Below, piece after piece: positions 30,377 through 39,890 of a stretch of 64,000 nt of DNA (position 1 is its first letter; every line of letters starts with the position of its first letter). Both the position numbers and the translations under genes were made by a program. Source of the stretch: Candidatus Berkelbacteria bacterium (GTDB lineage: Bacteria > Patescibacteriota > UBA1384 > JACPKC01); contig JACPKC010000010.1 of assembly GCA_016187225.1 (NCBI GenBank), forward strand, positions 234,283 through 298,282, given 5' to 3'. The notes beneath the pieces are model-generated. The model was not told the DNA's origin. It searched no databases and saw nothing but the letters and a program-made list of their open reading frames with translations.

Positions 30377-33300
30377 TTACTCCTCATCACCTGGCATGAC
30401 TTCAGTCTCACTTGCTTGGGGCGGATTTTCTTCTTGCCCTGCAAGGAGTTCAGTTGTTTCCTTGTCCTGATCGACGCTCGCGGTTTTAGTCTCTGCTTCG
30501 GCCATTTGAGGAGCCTTGCGAGAGGCCGTACTTGGGTCGATACGCTCGCCCTGGGGTGTTAAGAGTTCGATGTCCAAACCCAGGCTTTGCAATTCGCGAA
30601 CCAAGACATAGAAGGAAGCAGGGATAGAAGGTTTTTGGATTTCTTCGGCGCGAATGATGGACTCATAAGCTTTACTGCGCCCAACAACGTCGTCAGATTT
30701 AATTGTTAACAGCTCCTGGAGAGTATGTGAAGCGCCGTAAGCTTCGAGTGCCCAAACTTCCATTTCACCAAACCGTTGGCCTCCAAATTGCGCCTTACCA
30801 CCAAGAGGTTGTTGAGTTACCATCGAATATGGACCGATCGAGCGGGCATGCATTTTATCGTCGACTAAGTGAATAAGTTTGAGAATGTAGTTATAGCCAA
30901 CGGTGGTAGTTTGATCAAAAGGTTCGCCAGTTCGGCCATCGTAAAGCTGAATCTTGCCATCTTCGGGTAAACCAACCTTCTTCAGTTCGGACTGGATAAT
31001 TTCTTCTTTAACACCTTCGAAGACCGGTGAAGCGATCGTTTGGTCAAGTTTATGCGCCGCCCACCCTAAATGAGTTTCAAGAATTTGTCCAAGGTTCATC
31101 CGCGAAACGACGCCTAACGGACTTAAAATGATGTCAATTGGTGTGCCGTCGGGCAGAAACGGCATCTCTGCCTCGGGCAGAATAACTGAAATTACACCCT
31201 TGTTGCCGTGTCGGCCGGCGAGTTTGTCACCGACCGAAATTTTTCGTAGTTGGGCAACCGAGACCTCGACAATCTGATAAACACCAGTTGAGAGTTCGTC
31301 ACCCGCTTCTTTAGAGAAAATTTTAATTCCAACAATTTTACCCCGCTCACCATGCGAGAGGCGAAGTGAGGTGTCTTTAACATCTTTCGCTTTCTCGCCG
31401 AAGATTGCTCGCAAAAGTTTTTCCTCGGCTGAGAGTTCAGTCTCACCTTTCGGAGTAATCTTGCCGACCAAAATATTGCCGGCTGAAACTTCGGCGCCAA
31501 TTCGGACAATCCCCTGTTCATCTAGATTGGCAAGCGCGTCTTCGCCGACGTTGGGAATATCACGCGTGATTACCTCTGGGCCGAGCTTGGTGTCTCGAAC
31601 TTCAATTGCATATTTCTCAATGTGAATTGAAGTATAACGATCTTCGCGGACGAGACGTTCTGAAATGATAACTGCGTCCTCGTAATTAAGTCCGTTATAC
31701 GACATATAGGCAACAAGAATGTTTTGCCCAAGCGCTAGTTCTCCACCTTGGGTCGAGGGACCATCGGCTAAAACATCGCCGCGTGCGACCGTGTCGCCAA
31801 CTTCAACGAGCGGTTTTTGATTGATGCATGTTGCCTGATTAGAGCGAACAAATTTATCAAGCCGATAGCGATCTTGAATTTTTTCTGCTTCGCCTTTGCC
31901 TTCAATGAGAATCTCATCCGCGCTTGCATACACAACCTTGCCGGCGCGACGAGCTACCACTGCACTTCCAGAACTCACGGCGGCTGGTCCTTCAAGACCA
32001 GTCCCGATCAGCGGCGCCTGCGGTCGAACCAAAGGAACCGCTTGGCGTTGCATATTTGAGCCCATCATCGCTCGAACCGGGTCGTCGTTTTCAACAAAGG
32101 GAATCAGCGCCGTGGAAATTGAAACGATTTGTTTGGGTGAAACGGTAACATATTGAATCTCGGAAACACTAACAAGCTCTGGTTTGCCGGCGCGCCGCGC
32201 GTACAGGCGATCAACTGTAAAACAGCGCGATTTATCGAGGGGCGAAGAAGATGGCGCGATCACCGAACCCTCTTCAGAAGCGGCATCAAGATAGACGAGT
32301 TCATCACTAACCGCGTATTTATTACCCTTCTGAACAACTTTTAGATAGGGTGTTTCAATAAAACCGAATGGATTAACGCGTCCATAACTTGCGAGATAAC
32401 CGACCAAGCCAATGTTCGGCCCCTCGGGGCTTTCGATCGGACAAATACGACCGTAATGAGAAGCATGAACGTCGCGCACTTCGAAACCAGCCCGTTCACG
32501 TGAAAGGCCGCCGGGTCCAGTCGCATTCAGGGTGCGCTTGTGCTCGAGTTCTGCCAGCGGATTGGTTTGGTTCATAAACTGAGACATCTGCGAACTCGCA
32601 AAGAATTCTTGCAGGATCGCAACAATCGGGCGATTATTTACGAGCGAAGCTGGCGTAAGAGCAGTTGGATCGGCAACTGACATGCGATCTTTGACGATCC
32701 GCTCGGTTCGCAAAAGTCCAACCCGCAAGCGCCCTTGAAGAAGTTCACCAACAGCTCGCACGCGGCGATTCTTGAGGTGATCGACGTCATCGGCTTTGGC
32801 TATCGGATCATTATTGAGTCGAATAATTTCTCGGATAACCTCAATCACATCTTCAAGGCGTAGAATCCGATTTTGACCATTTTTTATCGGCTCGAGATTG
32901 AGTCGTTGGTCGAGCTTATAACGCCCAACTCGACCCAAATCATAACGCTTGGGGTTGAAGAGCATGGTTTCAAGAAAACTTTTAGCGGTTTCGGCGGTTA
33001 CTAGGTCACCAGGTCGAATGCGTTTATAAACTTCAACGAGAGCGTCTTCATAGCTAGCGGTGATATCGCGTGCGAGCGTGGTTTCAATGTATCTATGATT
33101 TTCGTCGGTATCCACACCTTGAAATGCTTGCTGAATTTGCGCTTTCGTTAAACCGCCGATTGCTCGCAAGAAAGTACTAATCGGAATTTTTCGCTTTCGA
33201 TCGATCTTAATAGAAATGACATCGCGGCCACTCGTCTCAAATTCTAGCCAAGCTCCGCGTGAAGGAATAATCTTTGCGCCAAAAAGTTTTCGACCAGCGA

Positions 33301-33745
33301 CTTCTTCGGCGCTAAAAAGAACACCATAGGAACGAACAATTTGTGAAACCACAACCCGTTCAACGCCATTAATAATGAATGTTCCGCGACCCGTCATGAT
33401 CGGAAAGTCTCCTAAATAGACGTCGCCTTTTTTTATCCTTTTAGTCAGTTTATTGTTGAGTGTAACTTTACAATGAAGCGGAGCTTTGTAGGTAAGGTTG
33501 CGAGATCGAGCGGTTAACTCTGTGATTTTTGGTTGATCGAGAGTGTATTCGCCAAACTCAAGAGTGTAATTTTCGCCAGTAAAATCTTCAATCGGCGAGA
33601 TCTCATCAAGCAGTTCACGCAAACCTTCGCGGAAAAACCAATCATAGGAAGCGGTTTGAATCTCAATTAAATCAGGTAGAGCAATTGAGATTGGAAGCTC
33701 TTTATATTGAGTTCTGGGCATTGATTTCTCCAACTCGCCATTCAA
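30377..33745 (-). CDS. rpoB: RNA polymerase beta subunit
   Basis: GDKLAGRHGNKG, GGQRFGEMEVWALEAYG; start may be 33721. Confidence 0.99.
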   Translation of the reverse strand: MNGELEKSMPRTQYKELPISIALPDLIEIQTASYDWFFREGLRELLDEISPIEDFTGENYTLEFGEYTLDQPKITELTARSRNLTYKAPLHCKVTLNNKLTKRIKKGDVYLGDFPIMTGRGTFIINGVERVVVSQIVRSYGVLFSAEEVAGRKLFGAKIIPSRGAWLEFETSGRDVISIKIDRKRKIPISTFLRAIGGLTKAQIQQAFQGVDTDENHRYIETTLARDITASYEDALVEVYKRIRPGDLVTAETAKSFLETMLFNPKRYDLGRVGRYKLDQRLNLEPIKNGQNRILRLEDVIEVIREIIRLNNDPIAKADDVDHLKNRRVRAVGELLQGRLRVGLLRTERIVKDRMSVADPTALTPASLVNNRPIVAILQEFFASSQMSQFMNQTNPLAELEHKRTLNATGPGGLSRERAGFEVRDVHASHYGRICPIESPEGPNIGLVGYLASYGRVNPFGFIETPYLKVVQKGNKYAVSDELVYLDAASEEGSVIAPSSSPLDKSRCFTVDRLYARRAGKPELVSVSEIQYVTVSPKQIVSISTALIPFVENDDPVRAMMGSNMQRQAVPLVRPQAPLIGTGLEGPAAVSSGSAVVARRAGKVVYASADEILIEGKGEAEKIQDRYRLDKFVRSNQATCINQKPLVEVGDTVARGDVLADGPSTQGGELALGQNILVAYMSYNGLNYEDAVIISERLVREDRYTSIHIEKYAIEVRDTKLGPEVITRDIPNVGEDALANLDEQGIVRIGAEVSAGNILVGKITPKGETELSAEEKLLRAIFGEKAKDVKDTSLRLSHGERGKIVGIKIFSKEAGDELSTGVYQIVEVSVAQLRKISVGDKLAGRHGNKGVISVILPEAEMPFLPDGTPIDIILSPLGVVSRMNLGQILETHLGWAAHKLDQTIASPVFEGVKEEIIQSELKKVGLPEDGKIQLYDGRTGEPFDQTTTVGYNYILKLIHLVDDKMHARSIGPYSMVTQQPLGGKAQFGGQRFGEMEVWALEAYGASHTLQELLTIKSDDVVGRSKAYESIIRAEEIQKPSIPASFYVLVRELQSLGLDIELLTPQGERIDPSTASRKAPQMAEAETKTASVDQDKETTELLAGQEENPPQASETEVMPGDEE

Positions 33746-33871
33746 TAGCTAGAAAACTGTCCGTGAACACAAAAATTAGTCGCACGTACAACGACTTTCC
33801 TCCAGGTCTAGGTTCTGGATCCTCTAGGCGCCACTCTCTTCTTTCGACGCAATAATTGTGATTTAGTTAAG

Positions 33872-33899
33872 ATACTATCAGCAAGATGAAATTTGTCAA
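33872..33899 (-). promoter_or_regulatory. Promoter of rpoBC-str operon
   Basis: TTGACA-16 bp-TAGTAT with TGn extended -10. Confidence 0.6.
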
Positions 33900-33963
33900 G
33901 CCCCAATTTTCTGTAAAGATAGGCGAGTGCGGAAACGAAAGAATGTATCAAAGAAGGTATATT

Positions 33964-34959
33964 TCACGTTCTAATCAAGTTTAGGAGTTTGGCAATTCGG
34001 CTTTGCAATTCGTTCAGACCCTGGCCTGAAACGCTACTTAGAACGATTGGATGAAATGAATTAATTTTGATTTTCCGTTTTAGTTGTTCTGTTTTCGGCA
34101 ATGTGTCGGCTTGAGAGAGGACTACGATTTCAGGCTTCGCGATTAGGTCTGGGTTAAAGTTTTTTAATTCAGTGCGAATTTGAGCATAGGCTCTGTCTGG
34201 GTCCGCATTTTGCAAACTAATAAGATGAACCAAAATTTTTGTGCGGCTAAGATGGCGCAAAAATTTGTGTCCCAAGCCTTTACCTACGGCCGAACCAGCG
34301 ATCAAACCCGGAATGTCCGCCATTACAAAGCGAGTCTTATCGAATTCGGCAACACCAAGATGTGGTTCAAGTGTAGTAAAAGGATAGTTAGCAATTTTTG
34401 GACGAGCCTGGCTTAGGCGAGCAAGTAAAGTTGACTTGCCAGCGTTTGGCAAACCGATTAAACCGACATCCGCCAGATGGTGAACAATGAGCCGCAGGTG
34501 TTTCTTCTCGCCTGCTTGTCCGAGTGTAAATTCTCTTGGTGTCTGGTGAGTAGCTGTGGCAAAGTGCACATTCCCCAATCCGCCCCGGCCACCCCGCGCG
34601 ATACAAAATAACGAAGCGCTGGAGCTTACAAGATCGACGACAAATTTAGCTTGATTTTTCGAGTCCAACTCATAAATCTGTGTGCCTGGCGGGAGGTCGA
34701 TAGTTAAATTAGCGCCGGATTTACCCGATTGTCTTTTAGGTCTGCCCGCCTCGCCATTTTTTGCTCTGTAAAATCGAGTCGCAGTATGAGCGGCTAGACC
34801 ATGAATATTTTCTCTCACTCGAAAATAAACACTCCCGCCTATTCCGCCATCGCCGCCATCTGGCCCACCTTTAGGAACGAATTTTTCACGCCTAAATGAG
34901 GCGACGCCGTCTCCGCCTCGTCCTGCCTCTATTTTTATCTCTGCCTCATCGATAAACAT
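33964..34959 (-). CDS. obgE: GTPase ObgE/CgtA
   Basis: FRREKFVPKGGPDGGDGG, GLPNAGKST, DIPG. Confidence 0.97.
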   Translation of the reverse strand: MFIDEAEIKIEAGRGGDGVASFRREKFVPKGGPDGGDGGIGGSVYFRVRENIHGLAAHTATRFYRAKNGEAGRPKRQSGKSGANLTIDLPPGTQIYELDSKNQAKFVVDLVSSSASLFCIARGGRGGLGNVHFATATHQTPREFTLGQAGEKKHLRLIVHHLADVGLIGLPNAGKSTLLARLSQARPKIANYPFTTLEPHLGVAEFDKTRFVMADIPGLIAGSAVGKGLGHKFLRHLSRTKILVHLISLQNADPDRAYAQIRTELKNFNPDLIAKPEIVVLSQADTLPKTEQLKRKIKINSFHPIVLSSVSGQGLNELQSRIAKLLNLIRT

Positions 34960-34976
34960 GCCAGGCAGTTTAACAC

Positions 34977-35945
34977 TTAAAAGGGTGTGAGAACAGAACC
35001 ATTCCGCCGAGTTTCGAAATGTAAGTGCGGACCCGTTGAAAATCCCGTATTCCCAGAATAGGCAATTACTTGACCTTGGGAGACATCTTCGCCGGCACCA
35101 ACAGCTACCCTTGAAAGGTGGGCGTAGCGCGTTGTGAGTCCGCCGCCGTGGTCAACTAACACTGATATGCCGAAACCACCGGCCCAACCCTTCGTGACCT
35201 CAATCACGCGTCCGGTTTGCGCAACCTTAACACTGGTGCCTTCATTTGCTCGATAATCGATGCCCATATGGAAACGCGAGACACCACGCGTGATGCCGTT
35301 GTGGGCAATTGGCACGATAAAGTTCGTCCCTACCGAGCCGCTAAAGCCGCCCGATACACGCTCACGAGTTGTCGTTTTTCCTCGTGCCAAGCGCCGTTCT
35401 TGTTCTTGAGCTTGCTTCTTGGCTTCAGCTAGTTTTCGAGTCCGTTCTTCTTCCTTCTTTTGGTTCAACTGCACTAACCAATTCTTAGAATCCGTTGTGT
35501 CGGTGGGGGGAATGATTAAAATTTTGCCGGGCGCAATTTTTTCGATCTCGTCGATGCTGATGTTATTGCGTTCGGCGATTGTCGCAACGTGCAGGCCAAA
35601 TTTATCTGCGATTGCGGTAATGGTATCGCCATCTTGGACAGAGTACTGGGTCTCAAGCTTAGTTGCCTCTGTGACAAATTGATTTTCGACGTTTTCGCGT
35701 CCTACAAAACCCGAATTCATAGTTGAATCAATCGACTGATTTAAGTCGACATTGCTTTCATTGATAATTGGCGTGTATTGGTCGAGCGAGGCAAGAATGC
35801 CATTGGCCAGGATCGGCTCAAAATTCAAATATTGCTGTTGAGCGCTGGAAGCGTACACAAAACGACTTTGGTCGGCTTGAAAAAGGTTCCAACCAATTAC
35901 AAGAGCGCTTAGGCAAAAAAAGACTACATGTCGATGCGGAGAAAT
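34977..35945 (-). CDS. LysM + M23 peptidoglycan endopeptidase (probable ATT start)
   Basis: LysM YSVQDGDTITAIA, coiled coil, M23 HMGID...YAHL...STGPHLHFE. Frame is open upstream of GTG 35858 through a TM segment to ATT 35945, preceded by AGAGGAGG. Confidence 0.88.
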   Translation of the reverse strand: MSPHRHVVFFCLSALVIGWNLFQADQSRFVYASSAQQQYLNFEPILANGILASLDQYTPIINESNVDLNQSIDSTMNSGFVGRENVENQFVTEATKLETQYSVQDGDTITAIADKFGLHVATIAERNNISIDEIEKIAPGKILIIPPTDTTDSKNWLVQLNQKKEEERTRKLAEAKKQAQEQERRLARGKTTTRERVSGGFSGSVGTNFIVPIAHNGITRGVSRFHMGIDYRANEGTSVKVAQTGRVIEVTKGWAGGFGISVLVDHGGGLTTRYAHLSRVAVGAGEDVSQGQVIAYSGNTGFSTGPHLHFETRRNGSVLTPF

Positions 35946-36004
35946 ACCGCCTCCTCTGTTGCAAACATTCTTACCAAGTTTGCGAGTTTGGTCAAATTCA
36001 GGTA

Positions 36005-37228
36005 TTAGTTGGAGGTTTTCCCCAGGTCAACTACCACAGTTTGAGGTGAGACGCCAACCACACTTAAGCCGCTTGGAACTTTTATTTGCTCTTTGCCAAT
36101 AAGGAGTGTTTGCTTGCCAGATTCAAGCGTGACCGGAAGCGTGAGTTCAAATAAAATTTGATCTTCTTTGAGCTTCGCAAGCTGATCAATTGAGCCGTGA
36201 ATTTGAACCTCAGCTAATGTTGGCGCAATTGAAATTATTTCTAAGCCAGCCGTTGGAGCTGTCAGATGAATTGGAACTGAAAAAGATCGCGTTAGCCCCA
36301 CCGTTCCAAGTTCAACCGAGATTGAGACGGTATTGACCGGTGGCTCAACTAGACGGATGCCGGCTGGTAGCTCAAGAGTCGATTCGAAAGTTTTGCTCTC
36401 ATTTAAATTTGAGAGATCAATTGCTGTTGTTGTCAAAGATCGCGTTTGAGCTAGCGCCCCAAGCGCGCCATTAATAGTGACGACGCTCGGCGCGACACTT
36501 AGAGATTCAATGACCTTGCCGCCGGGGAGTTGGCCTTGGGTCTGAACCGTGACACCAACTGTTTTAACGTTACTCGCTCGTACAATCGAAGCAGTTACTT
36601 CAACTTCGTGTTGAGCGAGGGTGAGTGAAGTTTTGGAAAGGTCGAGCGTCTCTGGAAGGTGAATTTCAATTTGACGCTTAACAATATCGCGTTCACCATT
36701 CAATGCCAGTTTGCCAAGCGCTTCCGTGACTTGATTAAGTTGGCTCATGGCACCTGCAACTTGGACGGTCGCTGGAGAAATGGTGATGTCGCCGGTCGCA
36801 AAACCGTCCGCTGGCTCGCCTTCAATTTGAATCCGAATTGGGATTTCTTTTGTCTCAATCGGCTCCAATCGCAAAAGCAGACGATCCGGTTCAATGCGTA
36901 AAATATCAACATTATTCAACTTGCTTGTCACTTGGATCGGTCGATCCACTAGGCCCGCTTGAGCATTAAAAAGATCGACCGTGGCTTCAAAGGAATTAGG
37001 ATTGAATTGTTGCCAGAGTGTCGGTTCGGCGCTGATAGTGACTTGCACTTTTTCTTCTTCCATAAGAGGAATCAACCCAGTTGGGATGTTTTCGAGTGTA
37101 ATCGGAATGCCACCTGGGAATAAAGCAACTCTCTGTTGACTACTACTGACAATGAGCCACAAGAAAAGCGCGAAGCCTAAACATAGAATTTGAGCAATCC
37201 TATCTCGTCCTAATCGCCAGTGAATCAT
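36005..37228 (-). CDS. cdaR: CdaR/YbbR-repeat regulator of diadenylate cyclase
   Basis: N-terminal TM (ALFLWLIV), repeated YbbR-like units (PATVQVAG, PSVVTING); coupled to cdaA. Confidence 0.88.
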   Translation of the reverse strand: MIHWRLGRDRIAQILCLGFALFLWLIVSSSQQRVALFPGGIPITLENIPTGLIPLMEEEKVQVTISAEPTLWQQFNPNSFEATVDLFNAQAGLVDRPIQVTSKLNNVDILRIEPDRLLLRLEPIETKEIPIRIQIEGEPADGFATGDITISPATVQVAGAMSQLNQVTEALGKLALNGERDIVKRQIEIHLPETLDLSKTSLTLAQHEVEVTASIVRASNVKTVGVTVQTQGQLPGGKVIESLSVAPSVVTINGALGALAQTRSLTTTAIDLSNLNESKTFESTLELPAGIRLVEPPVNTVSISVELGTVGLTRSFSVPIHLTAPTAGLEIISIAPTLAEVQIHGSIDQLAKLKEDQILFELTLPVTLESGKQTLLIGKEQIKVPSGLSVVGVSPQTVVVDLGKTSN

Positions 37229-38022
37229 TTCATCGTCCTTGGTAAAATTAACTGAAGGAGTCGACGTTCTACTTGATCGCGATCCGGCCTAGAAACTTTG
37301 CCACGATGAATAATCGAAATTCCGCCCGTCTCTTCAGAAACTACAATGACAACCGCGTCAGTGTCTTTTGTAACCCCTAGAGCGGCTCGGTGGCGGGTGC
37401 CTAGAGAGCGATCGATTGTCTCATTGTCGAGAGGCAGGAAGGCGCTTGCCGCGACAATTTTGTTACCGCGAATAATCACTGCGCCATCGTGCAGAGGTGT
37501 TTTCGGAGAAAAAATTGATAGCAACAACTCCTGCGAAATTGCGGCATTCAATTGAACCCCGCTATCTGCGAAATCTTTAATCCCTGTTTGGCGCTCAACA
37601 ACAATCAAGGCTCCGATCTTATTTTGTGAAAGCCTAAGAGTTGCTTGGGCAAGAGTGGTAACGATATTTGAAACAGCCTCTTTAGATTGCCCTAAAAATC
37701 CCGGCACTAATTCGCCGCGGCCCAAGCGTTCTAGGGCTGAACGTAATTCCGGCTGGAAAACGATTGGAATAGCGACTAAAGCTACGGTCACAAGTGAACG
37801 AAGTAGAAAGTTGAGAACGATTAGATTCAAGTATTGAGCTATGAAATAAAACAGACCCAAGATAACTATTCCATATAAAATGCGCTCGGCGCGCGTCTGT
37901 CGGATCAGGAGATAGAGACCGTAGAAAATTGTCGCCACAATTAAAATATCAACTAGCGAATTCCAGTTAAACAGTGCGAACGTAGCAATCGTTTCCAGAA
38001 CCCCTCCCCGGCTTGAATCCAT
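37225..38022 (-). CDS. cdaA: Diadenylate cyclase CdaA
   Basis: 3 TM helices, FQPELR, PLHDGAV, LGTRHRAALG, VSEETG. Confidence 0.96.
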   Translation of the reverse strand: MDSSRGGVLETIATFALFNWNSLVDILIVATIFYGLYLLIRQTRAERILYGIVILGLFYFIAQYLNLIVLNFLLRSLVTVALVAIPIVFQPELRSALERLGRGELVPGFLGQSKEAVSNIVTTLAQATLRLSQNKIGALIVVERQTGIKDFADSGVQLNAAISQELLLSIFSPKTPLHDGAVIIRGNKIVAASAFLPLDNETIDRSLGTRHRAALGVTKDTDAVVIVVSEETGGISIIHRGKVSRPDRDQVERRLLQLILPRTMK

Positions 38023-38031
38023 TGTCTTTTA

Positions 38032-39864
38032 TTATGCCTTCTCTGCTAGTTCAATGACAAGCACATCATCAATTTGAATTGTTTCAGTCGTTGAGATGCC
38101 TAAGCCACACTCCTCGCCTGCATGCAGTTCAGCCACTGCTTCCTGGCCTTTTTGTACGCTTTCAATGATGCCAGTGCCAAGAATTTCTTTCTCCCTAAGG
38201 ATCGTCACTCGTGCGCTCTTAACGATCCTACCTTGCTCGATCCGACCTCCTAAAATTTGATGAGTTTTAGTCGTGCGAAAAATTTTAAGTACCTTGAGTC
38301 GACCTATTTCGGTTAAAATCTGGATGGGCAGATGCAAATGTTCAGCGCTCTTTTGAACATCTTCGATCAAACGATAAATAACATCATAAGAGTGAATTTC
38401 GATATTGTTTGTGCGCGCGAGGTGACGCGCGGCTACTGTGGCGCCAGTGCGAAAAGCCACAATATAAGGTTGCCCTAGAGACGTTCCGATATTAATGTCT
38501 GATTCAGTCACGTCGCCGACGCCTTCTAAGATAACTTTCACTTCGACATCCGGAATCTCGATCGCCTCGAGAGAAGTTTTTATGGCTTTCAGGGAACCGT
38601 CAACGTCGGCTTTAACAATGATTGCAAGCGAACGTTCTTTTTCTGTTTCTTGACTTTGATGAGTGACGTGTTTTAAGCGCTTTTTTAAACCTGCTTTTTG
38701 GGCAAGTTGGCGCGCTTCTTTTTCGTTTTGGCAAACTTTTAAGTGTTCGCCGAAAGCTGGCACACCAGAGAGACCGGCAATTCGCACCGGCGTTGAGGGA
38801 CCGGCCTTGGTGTAACGTTGACCGCGCTCATTTTCCATCACTCGAATTTTGCCGAAGATCGGTCCCAGCACAATCGCATCGCCAATTTTTAGTTCACCGG
38901 ACTGGACAAGAACAGTTGCCACAGGTCCAACTCCTTGTTGTTTATTCGCTTCGATGACAATACCTTCGGCTTGACCCTGGGTTTGGGCGCGCAAATCCTG
39001 CAGATCGGCGACAAGCAGAACAACGTCCAGCAAGTCATCAATGCCCTGGCTGTGTTTTGCGGAGATTCGCACTAAAGGAGTTTTTCCGCCCCAATCCTCC
39101 GGCGCCAAGCCAAGTTCGGCTAATTCGCCTTTGACTCGATCAGGATTCGCCTCCTTTTTATCGATCTTGTTAAGAGCAATAATAATTGGGATATTAGCCG
39201 CTTTGGCGTGACTCATCGCTTCTTTGGTTTGAGGTTTAACGCCGTCATCGGCGGCAACCACTAAAATTGCAACGTCGGTGATAGTTGCCCCGTGCGCTCG
39301 CATAGCTGAAAACGCCTCATGTCCCGGCGTGTCAATAAAAGTGATCGGGCGAATCTGATCTTGATTATCGGTCCATTGCACCTGGTAAGCGCCGATATGC
39401 TGGGTGATGCCGCCTGCTTCAGAGGCAACAGTATTCGTTTTCCGAATCGCGTCGAGCAAAGTCGTTTTGCCGTGGTCGACATGCCCCATGACCACGACGA
39501 CTGGTGGTCGAGTTTCACTTTGAGCCTTACCAGATATTTTTTGCATTGAAGGCACAACTTGGGATTCAGCATGAATCTCTAGGTCGAGCTCATCGGCAAT
39601 AATTTCAACAGTCTCGCGATCGATGGAATCATTGACGGTTGCCAAAACGCCGTTTCGCATGAGGGCGCCAACAATTTCGGCTGGTGTGCGGCTCGAAAGA
39701 TTGGCTAACTCGGCAACTGTAATCAAACGTGGAATTTCGATCTTAACTTGAGACCGAGTTTTTGCTGGCACCGAAACAACTTCGGTGGGCGTATCCGTAT
39801 CATGTTTGCGTTGGGCTCGCAGTTCTTTTTTACTAAATTTTCTTTTATTTGATCTTCGTAACAT
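38032..39864 (-). CDS. infB: Translation initiation factor IF-2
   Basis: [33 protein letters not shown]. Confidence 0.98.
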   Translation of the reverse strand: MLRRSNKRKFSKKELRAQRKHDTDTPTEVVSVPAKTRSQVKIEIPRLITVAELANLSSRTPAEIVGALMRNGVLATVNDSIDRETVEIIADELDLEIHAESQVVPSMQKISGKAQSETRPPVVVVMGHVDHGKTTLLDAIRKTNTVASEAGGITQHIGAYQVQWTDNQDQIRPITFIDTPGHEAFSAMRAHGATITDVAILVVAADDGVKPQTKEAMSHAKAANIPIIIALNKIDKKEANPDRVKGELAELGLAPEDWGGKTPLVRISAKHSQGIDDLLDVVLLVADLQDLRAQTQGQAEGIVIEANKQQGVGPVATVLVQSGELKIGDAIVLGPIFGKIRVMENERGQRYTKAGPSTPVRIAGLSGVPAFGEHLKVCQNEKEARQLAQKAGLKKRLKHVTHQSQETEKERSLAIIVKADVDGSLKAIKTSLEAIEIPDVEVKVILEGVGDVTESDINIGTSLGQPYIVAFRTGATVAARHLARTNNIEIHSYDVIYRLIEDVQKSAEHLHLPIQILTEIGRLKVLKIFRTTKTHQILGGRIEQGRIVKSARVTILREKEILGTGIIESVQKGQEAVAELHAGEECGLGISTTETIQIDDVLVIELAEKA

Positions 39865-39890
39865 CGTTGCGGAGTATACTAGGAAAGAAC

